A stretch of DNA of 63,761 nucleotides from an uncultured Bdellovibrionales bacterium (GCA_964500125.1 CAZCMV010000005.1:1-63761), one strand, 5' to 3'. Counted from the stretch's first letter, positions 36,169 to 45,646 are shown. Notes: generated by a model from the sequence alone, not told the origin. Numbers and translations are program-made.

Positions 36169-37062
36169 TTTCTTCTGCAGTTTCCCCCATCCCTCATCCA
36201 CTTCTTTCTGAATATTTTCTATTATTCCCTTATTTTGTGGTTTAAACAAATGTTTGAAACGACCCTGGGTTTTCAGGAATTCTTCAATCGGCTTTCTTTT
36301 TTTAATTACGTAATTAATTACGTAATTCCCGTCTTCTATTTCATATAGCGGCCAAAAATTTGTTTCGGTTGCAAGCTTGCCGATGTTCACATATTGCGAT
36401 GTCGGATATTTCCAGACCTGCGTGCATGGCTGCAAAACCAACAGAAAAGATGGCCCCGACGTGTTCAAAGCTTTCTCGGCTTTTTTCTTAAGATCAGGAA
36501 GATATGCCACATTTGCTTGCGCCAAATATTTCACGCCATGCGCTTTGACGATTTCCATAAGATCCTTTCGCTGTTGCGTTTTGCCAAACGATTTTTTTCC
36601 AGCGGGTGTTGTTTCCATGCTTGCGCCATATGGCGTACCACCGCTTCTTTGCCCACCGGTATTCATGTAACCTTCATTATCATAGCAAACATAAAGAAAA
36701 TCATGACCGCGTTCCATTGCACCACTAAGTGCCTGCAGGCCAATGTCGTATGTACCACCATCACCACCAAAAGCAATGATTTTCGCTTTTTTCTTAATAC
36801 GACCACTTTTCTCCAAAGCTTTTTGAGCCGCATCAATACCGGCAGCAGTTGCCGCCGCATTGCCAAAAGCACTGTGGATATACGGCACTTTCCAAGAAGT
36901 GTTCGGGTAAATGGTAGTCGTCACTTCCAAACATCCCGTGGCATTGGAAATAATCACCGGTTCATCTGTCGCGCCCAAAACCGTACGCACAATCGCCGGA
37001 ATCCCACACCCAGCACACGTCGCATGCCCAGAGGACATTTTTTTTGTAAGTTCTTTGTTCAT
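36154..37062 (-). CDS. porB: 2-oxoacid:ferredoxin oxidoreductase beta subunit (TPP-binding)
   Basis: 302 aa. Contains CAGCG near the N-terminus and a GGDGGTYDIG TPP motif. Confidence 0.9.
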   Translation of the reverse strand: MNKELTKKMSSGHATCAGCGIPAIVRTVLGATDEPVIISNATGCLEVTTTIYPNTSWKVPYIHSAFGNAAATAAGIDAAQKALEKSGRIKKKAKIIAFGGDGGTYDIGLQALSGAMERGHDFLYVCYDNEGYMNTGGQRSGGTPYGASMETTPAGKKSFGKTQQRKDLMEIVKAHGVKYLAQANVAYLPDLKKKAEKALNTSGPSFLLVLQPCTQVWKYPTSQYVNIGKLATETNFWPLYEIEDGNYVINYVIKKRKPIEEFLKTQGRFKHLFKPQNKGIIENIQKEVDEGWGKLQKKVSSI

Positions 37063-37082
37063 ATATGTATATATTTTTTATC

Positions 37083-38753
37083 TTAATCTCTAAAACTCCA
37101 GCTATACGAAGGGTTTTCTTCTCCTGTTGAGAAACGTTTATCTACTAAATTTCTAGCAATGGAAACAAATCTTTGCTGTACCTCATCAGCATTCACATCT
37201 TCTTTAGATCTTTCATTCTCATAAAAACCCATGTTTCCATCTTTATTTGTTTTTTCAATTGAGTTTTTCCTTTTCCATTCATGCAAAGCCTTTGAAGGAT
37301 CCCCTCCTGAATAATAAACAACGTGTTTTGGGCAAAGCTCAGGATTTTCTTGAAAATATTTTTCCCAATATTCTTTCGAGGTAATGGCTCTTTCGACAAG
37401 TTTATAAGGACCAAGTCTTTGATTTTGAAAATGCTTAATCAAGATATCAATATACTCACTCTTTTCTTCGTCTGAGCCCCATACTTTTGATATCTCAACT
37501 AGAAGATTAAAATCAGCCAATGCCTCTATAGCTCCCTCATTTTTTATCCCATATTTTTCGAAAATCTTTCTTGACAATCTTTTTCTTTCGTCTATCGATA
37601 ATGAAGCAAATTTATCACTATGCTTCATGGCATCCTGAACAAAACCTGGAATTTCCCCAAACCTTGCATTAAATATTTCTTCTATTCCTTCACTTGGAAT
37701 CGGGCTACCATTTTCATTCAACTGATATTTTGACCCACTTTCTACATCAACCCTAGCATCTCCTGGCACAAAAACTATTCCAGCATCAATAGGGATTCCT
37801 TTATCAATATTTGGCCATATGAATTGATCATTATTATTTCCTGAATCATTAAGCTTCCCGGAAAATTCATATTGCGAAGCTATAAATACCGACGGATACG
37901 CCACAAAGATTTCATTACCACTTTCGCCTCCATAAAATCTGTCAGCAACTTCTTCTGCAGCCAAATGTACGGCCCTCATATCAGCAAAAGCATTTGGGTC
38001 TCCTTGTATCCAAGTTTTGAAGTTTGCAACAATTCTACCAAGTGCAATTTTTCTGGAAGGGCAATTATTCAACTCTAGGATATTAGCAATTGCCTCTTCT
38101 TTGGATGATTCTTGGAGTGCAATTCCCAGAGCAGAACGAAGTTCCTTTTTTTGCAGAACTTTCCGAAAAGAATCCTGTCTTTCTCCAAGACCTTTTTGAT
38201 GATTACCAAGATCTGCATGATCACGAACCCCATGCCTTGTGACATGAGTAAGCATCTCCCCGGGAAATTTTCTCATGAGTTCAACATATTCTTCCATTGA
38301 AAGCGAGGATAGATTTTCTTCAGTGAATTTCACTTTAACATCTTCTTTCGACCATGGCATTTCATTCCATTTCTTTTTTTCAGCGACATAAAAATCAGCA
38401 ACCATTTTTCTTGTCTCTTCCAGATCTTCCCTTCCTGCTATCGATTTTTCGAGTTCTTCTTCTGTTGAAGAATGTTTACCTGTTTTTTCATTAAGCTCAT
38501 TTTGGACTTTTTTTATAGCAAAAAAATCCCTTACTTTTAGAAAAAAAGATTCATCATTGTATGATTCTATCTTTTCACTTAATTCTTCGATTGATTTCAA
38601 CAACTCACTTTTTTCAGCTTCTTGCACTCTTATTTTTTCACTATCTGAAAAATATTTTTTTCGTTTTTCGCGAATTTCATGCGCAAGAGCATCGCGTTCT
38701 TCTTGTGAGTTTTGTTTTGAAAATTCCTTGATAAATTTTGGCTGCTTTTCCAT
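37083..38753 (-). CDS. Hypothetical 556-566-aa protein inserted between porA and porB
   Basis: Long ORF with a coiled-coil N-terminus and no motif I recognise. The start is ATG 38753, or TTG 38783 which overlaps a GGGAGGAG. Confidence 0.65.
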   Translation of the reverse strand: MEKQPKFIKEFSKQNSQEERDALAHEIREKRKKYFSDSEKIRVQEAEKSELLKSIEELSEKIESYNDESFFLKVRDFFAIKKVQNELNEKTGKHSSTEEELEKSIAGREDLEETRKMVADFYVAEKKKWNEMPWSKEDVKVKFTEENLSSLSMEEYVELMRKFPGEMLTHVTRHGVRDHADLGNHQKGLGERQDSFRKVLQKKELRSALGIALQESSKEEAIANILELNNCPSRKIALGRIVANFKTWIQGDPNAFADMRAVHLAAEEVADRFYGGESGNEIFVAYPSVFIASQYEFSGKLNDSGNNNDQFIWPNIDKGIPIDAGIVFVPGDARVDVESGSKYQLNENGSPIPSEGIEEIFNARFGEIPGFVQDAMKHSDKFASLSIDERKRLSRKIFEKYGIKNEGAIEALADFNLLVEISKVWGSDEEKSEYIDILIKHFQNQRLGPYKLVERAITSKEYWEKYFQENPELCPKHVVYYSGGDPSKALHEWKRKNSIEKTNKDGNMGFYENERSKEDVNADEVQQRFVSIARNLVDKRFSTGEENPSYSWSFRD

Positions 38754-38892
38754 ATTTTTTATTCGTTTTGAAACTCCTCCCAAGCTTGTTTATATCGTGC
38801 TAATTCTGATTCCATAAAAAAAAATTAATATGCAACTGTTATCATTAATAATTTAAAATTCATTTCAAATTTAAAATTTAGCCTTCAAAATT

Positions 38893-40089
38893 TTAGGAAA
38901 GATATTTAACTTTTTCCGAAATTTCTCTAGACATGAGATCTTTGAAAACGCTAGTGATATGAGATTGCATCGTGTCGCGACCGCCAAGGCCATAAATGTA
39001 ACTAGCGATTTCATGTTTGCTGCTAGTAGAGTGATATAGCGCTGAGGATACATCCTGATAGAGCGGCGGATAGGCGCCGAAAGAAATTGCCCGATCAAGA
39101 ACCGCAATTCTTTTGATGTGACCCAGCGCGCGCCCAACCTCCGCATATGGAAAAGGACGATAGAGTTTAATGCCAAGTAAACCTACCTTTTTGCCTTCGG
39201 CGCGCATTTTATCAACCGCTTCTTTTGCCGTTCCAGTTGTCGCTCCCATCATTACAATCGCCGAAGTAGCGTCATCCAAAAGATACTCGTCAAAAAGATC
39301 ATATTTGCGTCCGGAAATCTTGGCATATTCTTTACAGATTTTTTTGTATACAGATGGAACCTTTTCCATCGCTTTTTGCTGGTCAACCCTGAATTCAAAA
39401 TAGGTGTTTTGCAAAGCAAGCGCACCGAAACTAACTGGGTCTTTTTGATTGGCGAGACATTGCTCTGGCTGATATTTGCCAACAAAGTTTTTCACCTCGC
39501 CATCATCACACATTTCAATACGCTCGGTCGTATGTGAAGTGTGAAAACCATCCATAATCGACATCACCGGCAAATCAACAGCTTCCGCCAATCTCAAACC
39601 TATCAAAGTGATGTCATATGCTTCTTGTGCGTCTTCGGCAAAAATCTGAACCCAGCCCAAATCGCGAGCCGCCATCACGTCGCCATGCTCCCCATGGATA
39701 TTGAGCGGCGCGCTGATTGCGCGCGAACTCATGCACATTAAAATTGGCAAACGTAAGCCACTGGCAATCGGCAACATTTCTGCCATATACATCAGTCCCT
39801 GCGAACTAGTTGCAGTCACCGCTCTTGCGCCCGTAGCGCTTGCACCGATTGTCGCACTGAGTGCGCTGTGCTCCGATTCAACCGGCACAACTTCCGTTTC
39901 CACCAAACCATCCGCACGCATTTTGGCAAAAACCTCAATAATCGGCGTCTGAGGTGTAATAGGATACACAGGCATGACATCGGGGTTAATTTGGCGCAAG
40001 GCCTCGGCCACAGCATAACCGCCAGTCATTGCGCGCACACGCTTTTGGTATTTGGTATTTTGTATTTGGTATTTAGTATCTTTTGTCAT
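38893..40089 (-). CDS. porA: 2-oxoacid:ferredoxin oxidoreductase alpha subunit
   Basis: 398 aa. After residue 20 it reads MTGGYAVAEALRQINPDVMPVYPITPQT. The first 20 codons (MTKDTKYQIQNTKYQKRVRA) are encoded by a TAAATAC-type word repeat. ATG 40089 overlaps the upstream stop as ATGA. An alternative start is 40029. Confidence 0.85.
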   Translation of the reverse strand: MTKDTKYQIQNTKYQKRVRAMTGGYAVAEALRQINPDVMPVYPITPQTPIIEVFAKMRADGLVETEVVPVESEHSALSATIGASATGARAVTATSSQGLMYMAEMLPIASGLRLPILMCMSSRAISAPLNIHGEHGDVMAARDLGWVQIFAEDAQEAYDITLIGLRLAEAVDLPVMSIMDGFHTSHTTERIEMCDDGEVKNFVGKYQPEQCLANQKDPVSFGALALQNTYFEFRVDQQKAMEKVPSVYKKICKEYAKISGRKYDLFDEYLLDDATSAIVMMGATTGTAKEAVDKMRAEGKKVGLLGIKLYRPFPYAEVGRALGHIKRIAVLDRAISFGAYPPLYQDVSSALYHSTSSKHEIASYIYGLGGRDTMQSHITSVFKDLMSREISEKVKYLS

Positions 40090-40460
40090 TGTTTTTTTAT
40101 TCTTTTTAAGCCATGAATTAACTTGGAAACCTTAATTGTAATTTGGACTATATTATCAAAATCTGCTTTCTTCATGTACCCTAAATCCCTTGCGATTATC
40201 AACTGACTTTGGAGTTCGGTAAGTGACCCATGAGCCATTGAATAAAATTGATATTTATCATTTGCCGTATTTCTACTGAAACCTTCTGCTATATTCGATG
40301 CTATCGAAACTGCACATCTTTGCATCTGACTGACTAAACCAAAGATTTCTTCTTTAGGAAATGTTTTTGTTTCTCTATAGACCATCAAAACCAGTTTATG
40401 TCCTTCTTTCCACGCTTCTAAATCGGTGAATGATTTTATTTTTGACTTTTCGTATTCCAT
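40086..40460 (-). CDS. Four-helix-bundle protein (23S rRNA intervening-sequence protein family, TIGR02436-like)
   Basis: Contains FTDLEAWKEGHKLVLMVY..FPKEEIFGLVSQMQRCAVSIASNIAEGFSR..GSLTELQSQLIIA. It sits between porD and porA. Confidence 0.85.
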   Translation of the reverse strand: MEYEKSKIKSFTDLEAWKEGHKLVLMVYRETKTFPKEEIFGLVSQMQRCAVSIASNIAEGFSRNTANDKYQFYSMAHGSLTELQSQLIIARDLGYMKKADFDNIVQITIKVSKLIHGLKRIKKQ

Positions 40461-40505
40461 ACTAAATACTATACACAAAATACCAGATACCTTCTATGAA
40501 AAAAT

Positions 40506-40796
40506 TTATTTTTTCATAGAAATAGCTTTGACCGGGCATATTTCAGCACATACTCCGCAGCCTTTGCAATATTCAAGATCCACCTTGGCAATGTCTTTCC
40601 CTTTGGCAATTTGGGGCGCAATGTCCATTTGTCTCTTGGTTCTTCTTTTCATCTCAATACAAGCATCTGGACAATGCCTGACGCAAGCTTGGCAACCAAT
40701 GCACTTAGATGCATCAATCTCGGGCTTCATATAGCGCCAACTTCCCGTTTTAGGCGCCTTCTTTTGATCATGCTTGATAATAGCTCCCTGTTCCAT
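40506..40796 (-). CDS. porD: 2-oxoacid:ferredoxin oxidoreductase delta subunit (2x[4Fe-4S] ferredoxin)
   Basis: 96 aa. Contains CIGCQACVRHCP and CKGCGVCAEICP. Confidence 0.85.
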   Translation of the reverse strand: MEQGAIIKHDQKKAPKTGSWRYMKPEIDASKCIGCQACVRHCPDACIEMKRRTKRQMDIAPQIAKGKDIAKVDLEYCKGCGVCAEICPVKAISMKK

Positions 40797-40918
40797 AAAA
40801 ATTATAAATCCTAAATTCTAAATAAATCAAAAACCACAAATGCTAAAAACTAATTTTTGTTATTTGAAATTTTGAATTTGAGATTTGTTTAAAAATTAGA
40901 AATTAGAAATTGCGCTCG

Positions 40919-41494
40919 TTAGAGCGAGTCGTGTCCTGCTTGCATAGCTTGGATATTTTTTTCCGTAAGTTCTTTGCCTATTTTTTCCGTAAATACCCCG
41001 CGAAAAATCTCCGCCGCGCTATCCAGCGAAACAATCCCGCTTACCGCCAAAAGTTTTCCCACCAAAGCCATGTTTGGGTTTGGCGCGCCAGTTATTTGAA
41101 GCGCCAAATGCGTGGCATCAACAGCGTGAATCTTGCCTTGAAAATGCGGCACTGATTTGCGGATTTCATTTTCCTGTTTTGTGGAATTCACAATCAGAGA
41201 TTCGTTGCGATCCAGATTTTTGGTTATGTCGCCATTTACTTCCATCACCGTTTCATCAAGCACCACCACCACATCTGGATCCGTGACCGGCTCCTGGGTT
41301 CTGATTGGCTCTTCGCTAACGCGCAAAAACATCTTCGTCGGCGCGCCGCTTCTCTCCGGACCATACACAGGAAAAGCTTTCACATATTTTCCTTCTTTGA
41401 CCGCAGCATGCGCAACAAGTTCGGAAGCTGTCTTTGCTCCCTGTCCTCCCCGCGCGAAAAAAATAACTTCAAATGTATTCTTGTTGAATTTCAT
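40919..41494 (-). CDS. porG: 2-oxoacid:ferredoxin oxidoreductase gamma subunit
   Basis: 191 aa. Contains FFARGGQGAKTASELVA. Confidence 0.85.
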   Translation of the reverse strand: MKFNKNTFEVIFFARGGQGAKTASELVAHAAVKEGKYVKAFPVYGPERSGAPTKMFLRVSEEPIRTQEPVTDPDVVVVLDETVMEVNGDITKNLDRNESLIVNSTKQENEIRKSVPHFQGKIHAVDATHLALQITGAPNPNMALVGKLLAVSGIVSLDSAAEIFRGVFTEKIGKELTEKNIQAMQAGHDSL

Positions 41495-41553
41495 ATGTTT
41501 CTATGCAAAAGATCTTCATTGATTACTTATTAATAATACCATACTCTATACAA

Positions 41554-41587
41554 AGAAAAAAGGGGATTGCAAGTTTATGCAATCCCC
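41554..41587 (-). terminator. Rho-independent terminator
   Basis: Minus strand: GGGGATTGCA-N6-TGCAATCCCC followed by T7. Confidence 0.7.
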
Positions 41588-41606
41588 TGATCAGGAATAA
41601 ATGACT

Positions 41607-41921
41607 TCAAAAATCACGTGAGATTATGAATCCAGAATTAAAACCGTCTTCGATTGGCTCAAGTCTGAATCTGCCATATTTCAGCAGCTTTTCGATTAAT
41701 TCTTCCCTGTTTTCATCAACAGGGAATTTGCAGGAGACATTTTCTGCCGCAAAAATCATCATACCCTCTTCCAAACCCAGCGAGGCTTTGCCTTCAATGA
41801 GTCCGGCATAGAATTTTCCGCAAAGCGCAGCACCAAGGGTATTGTCTCTGCCACTGATCACTATTTCACAATCCACACAATTATTGCCCCTTACTTCAAA
41901 CTCTATCTCATTTCTTTCCAT
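41607..41921 (-). CDS. Hypothetical 104-aa protein
   Basis: AGGAGGG lies 4 nt upstream of ATG 41921 (MERNEIEFEVRGNN...). It follows a long structured leader. No motif was recognised. Confidence 0.6.
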   Translation of the reverse strand: MERNEIEFEVRGNNCVDCEIVISGRDNTLGAALCGKFYAGLIEGKASLGLEEGMMIFAAENVSCKFPVDENREELIEKLLKYGRFRLEPIEDGFNSGFIISRDF

Positions 41922-41990
41922 GGCTCCCTCCTTGAGCATTTTAGCAATTATTTTATTTAATTCTTAAAGGCCTATAAATTTACCAACCAA

Positions 41991-42022
41991 CAAAAAACCG
42001 ACCCAGAGGTCGGTTTATTTTT
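41991..42022. terminator. Strong hairpin AAACCGACC-N4-GGTCGGTTT with flanking A/T runs
   Basis: 9-bp GC-containing stem. A T6 run follows on the minus strand. It lies inside the leader of the 41921 gene. Confidence 0.75.
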
Positions 42023-42142
42023 ACGAACAATTGAAGACTTCTATCTACATTGATTACTCGCAAAAACAAGCCGACCTCGATCGGTAAACCAGAAAAAGAA
42101 AAATGAATAATTTTTTATGGCTTGCTTTTGCATAGTAATTAC

Positions 42143-42170
42143 ATTATACACACTTCTTTTTTCATGTCAA
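42143..42170 (-). promoter_or_regulatory. Consensus sigma70 promoter TTGACA-16-TATAAT
   Basis: Reverse complement of 42165-42170 is TTGACA and of 42143-42148 is TATAAT. It starts 9 nt after the mltG stop codon. Confidence 0.6.
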
Positions 42171-42178
42171 TATCAATT

Positions 42179-43195
42179 CTATAAACCATTCTTTTCTTTG
42201 TTATTAACATGCTCTTCAAATGTTTTTGAGAAAACGGTTTTGCCGGTTTTTTTATTGCTTAAAAAGAAAAGGTAATCGCTTTGCTCTGGATATAGCGCCG
42301 CATTAATTGCGGAAATTCCAGGACTATTGATCGGTCCAGGAGGCAAACCTTTATTTTGATAAGTATTGTATAGCGAATCAGTTTGCGTCTCCGCTACTGA
42401 ATATTGCGCCTTATATTCGCCTAGAACATAGGCTAGTGTCGCACAACTCTGCAGCGGTTGACCTATGGATATTCGTTTCCAAAAAATTCCACTGACAATT
42501 TTGCGATCAGTTTCTGCTGGAACTTCTCCTTCAATCACGCTGGCCATGGTCACTATTTCACGAATACCTTTGTTTTGCTTTTTTACCTCCTCCCTCATGC
42601 TCTGCGAATATTTGTGGTCAAAATTATCCAGCATCTTGCCAATGATTTGTCTGGCTGTATAATTTTTGGCAAAGAAATAGGTGTCTGGGAAAAGATATCC
42701 TTCCAAAGAAGCTCCTTCTGGCAAATCATTCAAAAAAGCATAGCCAGCCTTCAAATCATCATCGGGTTTGTTTGCCAACGCAGCAAATTCGTCTCCCTTA
42801 AAATCACGTTCATTGAGCCTCGTGGTCATATCTTTAATTGTCCATCCTTCCGGAAACGTCACTTTTATTTGATTCGAATTATATTCACCTGTGGTCAATA
42901 ACCTAACTATTTCAGCTATTCTAAGCCCTGGAGTCAGTGTATAAGTTCCAGCAACCAATTTATGCGTATTATTCGTACGCCACAAATAATACATAAAATA
43001 CAATCTGCCAACAACTAAATTTTGGCGATCTAAATTTTCAGAAACTTGCCAAGCGTTGTCTCCTTTGTTCAAAATAAATTGAACGTTCTCCTTGGCACTA
43101 CCAGTGCCATAATTTATTTTATTTTGAAAATAAAAAAAGAATCCCATGCATAAAACAACCAATGCTATTATTATTATCATCAATTTCCTCAACAT
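42179..43195 (-). CDS. mltG: Endolytic murein transglycosylase MltG (YceG-like)
   Basis: 338 aa with an N-terminal TM helix and a YceG-type core (ASVIEGE, LQSCATLAY, YNTY...GLPPGPI). Confidence 0.9.
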   Translation of the reverse strand: MLRKLMIIIIALVVLCMGFFFYFQNKINYGTGSAKENVQFILNKGDNAWQVSENLDRQNLVVGRLYFMYYLWRTNNTHKLVAGTYTLTPGLRIAEIVRLLTTGEYNSNQIKVTFPEGWTIKDMTTRLNERDFKGDEFAALANKPDDDLKAGYAFLNDLPEGASLEGYLFPDTYFFAKNYTARQIIGKMLDNFDHKYSQSMREEVKKQNKGIREIVTMASVIEGEVPAETDRKIVSGIFWKRISIGQPLQSCATLAYVLGEYKAQYSVAETQTDSLYNTYQNKGLPPGPINSPGISAINAALYPEQSDYLFFLSNKKTGKTVFSKTFEEHVNNKEKNGL

Positions 43196-43247
43196 AAAAA
43201 GTATTTCTGTTAAATTTTCATTTTATAAAAGATTCATATTTCACTGG

Positions 43248-43895
43248 TCATTTTGATTCCTCAATCAGAGGTACAAACGCAAAACCACGAAATTGCTCCA
43301 TTTTGAAATTTCCATCGGTATTTTTTTCCAAATAGCAGATACTGTTACGCACAGGAATAACCATTTTCCCTCCAATTTTAAGTTGTTGCTTCAGTTCTTT
43401 CGGGACTTCTTCCACGGAAGCACTGACCAAAATTCGATCATATGGTGCATGCCTAGGACATCCTTTGTTGCCATCCATATGATTCATTTCAACGATTCCT
43501 TTGGAAATATACTTATATCTATCAACATTTTTTTTGCCTTTCTCATATAATTCTTTTATCCTTTCCAGGCCTATAACTATACCCTTCTTGCCAACAACAT
43601 GTGCAAGCAAAGCAGTAGTCCAACCACTGCCACTTCCAACATCCAAGATGCGTTGCCCCGGCTGAGGATCAAGTAATTCCAACATAAAAGCGACAGTAAA
43701 TGGCTGAGAAATTGTTTGACCACTTCCTATGGGCAAAGAGATGTCTTTCTCTGCAGCACTTTCCAAATCTTTAGGAACAAAATATACCCTATCAATATCA
43801 GAAAAAGCATCAATAAGCATGTCCTCCTTCAAATAGCCCTTTTTCATCAAAGAATACGTAAGTTGATTCATATAATTTTGATTAAATAAAATCAA
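43248..43895 (-). CDS. pcm: Protein-L-isoaspartate O-methyltransferase
   Basis: 215 aa. Contains TISQPFTVAFMLELL and LDVGSGSGWTTALLA. Confidence 0.85.
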   Translation of the reverse strand: MILFNQNYMNQLTYSLMKKGYLKEDMLIDAFSDIDRVYFVPKDLESAAEKDISLPIGSGQTISQPFTVAFMLELLDPQPGQRILDVGSGSGWTTALLAHVVGKKGIVIGLERIKELYEKGKKNVDRYKYISKGIVEMNHMDGNKGCPRHAPYDRILVSASVEEVPKELKQQLKIGGKMVIPVRNSICYLEKNTDGNFKMEQFRGFAFVPLIEESK

Positions 43896-44341
43896 AAACC
43901 CATCACAGAAACAACAATATCTCGTTTCCGTGCACCATCAAAATCCACAGCAAAAATACTTTGTCTTAAAGACAACATCATTTCTCCCTTATCCAAAGGA
44001 ATAGATTGACTGACACCTATAAAAATATTCTTGCAATGTGAATGCCCATTACTCCTAGCATCAGATGATCCACCCCCTTTGCGTAATTCAAACAAATCGT
44101 GTGAATATCGATCATCCAACGGCGCAATTTTATACAATACCCTCATAAAATCCTGCAGCAACATAGGTTCATTATCATTTATCGCAATACCCATAGTCGT
44201 ATGAGGAGCATAAACAACAACATTTCCCTCTCTAACGCCTGATTTTTCAACAACATCTTTCACTTGTTCTGATATATCAACAAACTCTATCTGAGACCTG
44301 CTTTCAACTTTTATAATTTGTTTGTATATTTTTATTTCCAT
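43892..44341 (-). CDS. YjbQ/UPF0047 family (secondary thiamine-phosphate synthase) protein
   Basis: 149 aa. Contains PHTTMGIAINDNEP and NGHSH. Confidence 0.8.
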   Translation of the reverse strand: MEIKIYKQIIKVESRSQIEFVDISEQVKDVVEKSGVREGNVVVYAPHTTMGIAINDNEPMLLQDFMRVLYKIAPLDDRYSHDLFELRKGGGSSDARSNGHSHCKNIFIGVSQSIPLDKGEMMLSLRQSIFAVDFDGARKRDIVVSVMGF

Positions 44342-44630
44342 ATAAATACCAATAGAAAACCACGATTTTAATGATAATCTACGGTTTAAAACGCAGAAAA
44401 TTCGTGTTCCCTATTTTGTTTAAATAAAACTTGTCTCTATTATACCACATATTTGTTACAACAAAAAGAGCTGCTCGATCTACGCTCACTAGGTGATCTT
44501 GCCTGATTCTAAAGTATCCCTTTTGCCAAACCTGATTTGCAGCAGCTCGTCAATTAGCTTCGACTCAATTATAAAAGCATGCGCAAGACGAATAAAGAAC
44601 AGCTGGTTCAAGCATATCAAAGGAAGAAAA

Positions 44631-45548
44631 TTATTTTTTTGTAACTTTTAATTTTTTATAGGCGCTTCCCGCAGCAATCGCCCCTTCGGAAGCGGCAGTA
44701 ATAATTTGACGAAATTTATTTGATCCAGTAGTTACATCTCCAGCCGCATACACATCTTCAATATTTGTAGACTGATCGTTTCCCACAATAATATATCCCT
44801 GTTCGTCAGTAGAAATTCCAAGTTGAGAAGTTAGAATATCCAAAGGAATAGTGCCTACTTCAATAAATACACCCTGCAAAACAATCTCTTTCTCCTCTCC
44901 ATCTTTTTTATATGAAAGACCCTGAACAACATTTTCACCAATAATTCCCAAAACTTCATCAACTTCTTCAATGTTTATTTTAGGATTAGCAATAATTTTT
45001 TCCTCCCAAGCAGGTAAAAATTTTTTAGTACCAGTCTTGAACAGCAATTTGACATTATTAGCAAATTCTGTCAGATGCAAAGCAGCCGTCGCAGCGCTAT
45101 CTCCACCTCCAATAACAGCTACGTCCTTACCGCGAAAAAACATTGCATCACAAGTGGCGCAATATGAAACACCTTTCCCAATAAGCTCGTTTTCTTTAGC
45201 CAAGTTCATACGACGCGGTTTCATACCCAAAGAAAGAATTAACATTCTTGTTTCAATAGTTTTGCCTCCCGAAAACAACAAAGAAAAACCATCTTCTTTC
45301 TTTACTACCTGCTGAACTTCACCTGTAACAATTTCTGTACCCAACTTTTCAGCATGCTCACGAAATTTAATCATGAGCTCCTTACCTGAAATAGAGGCTG
45401 TGCCTGGATAATTTTCTATTTCCCAAGCCTCATTAACTTGTCCACCAACTTCACTAGCAATAATACAATGATCCATTTTATAACGAGAAGCATAAATAGA
45501 AGCGCTAAGTCCGGCTGGTCCCGCTCCAATGATAATTAAATCTTTCAT
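44631..45548 (-). CDS. trxB: Thioredoxin-disulfide reductase
   Basis: 305 aa. Contains IIGAGPAGLSASIY, the redox centre CATCDA and GGGDSA. Confidence 0.9.
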   Translation of the reverse strand: MKDLIIIGAGPAGLSASIYASRYKMDHCIIASEVGGQVNEAWEIENYPGTASISGKELMIKFREHAEKLGTEIVTGEVQQVVKKEDGFSLLFSGGKTIETRMLILSLGMKPRRMNLAKENELIGKGVSYCATCDAMFFRGKDVAVIGGGDSAATAALHLTEFANNVKLLFKTGTKKFLPAWEEKIIANPKINIEEVDEVLGIIGENVVQGLSYKKDGEEKEIVLQGVFIEVGTIPLDILTSQLGISTDEQGYIIVGNDQSTNIEDVYAAGDVTTGSNKFRQIITAASEGAIAAGSAYKKLKVTKK

Positions 45549-45646
45549 TTTTTTTCTTGTTATTTTTAATCAACCCACATTTGAATTATAAACATAAACC
45601 AGTTCAAAAAACAACAAAACCCCGACTACCGGGGTTTGAAGACATC

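Noticed and set aside
44468-44552. Structured RNA (SRP or other) between trxB and yjbQ, closed by GAGCTGCT...AGCAGCTC with a T-run on the minus strand.
   Set aside because: No SRP domain-IV GGAA/AGCA motifs are present, and the interior shows direct rather than inverted repeats. It is most simply a long terminator-like stem after trxB. It is kept only as a low-priority candidate for an Rfam scan.
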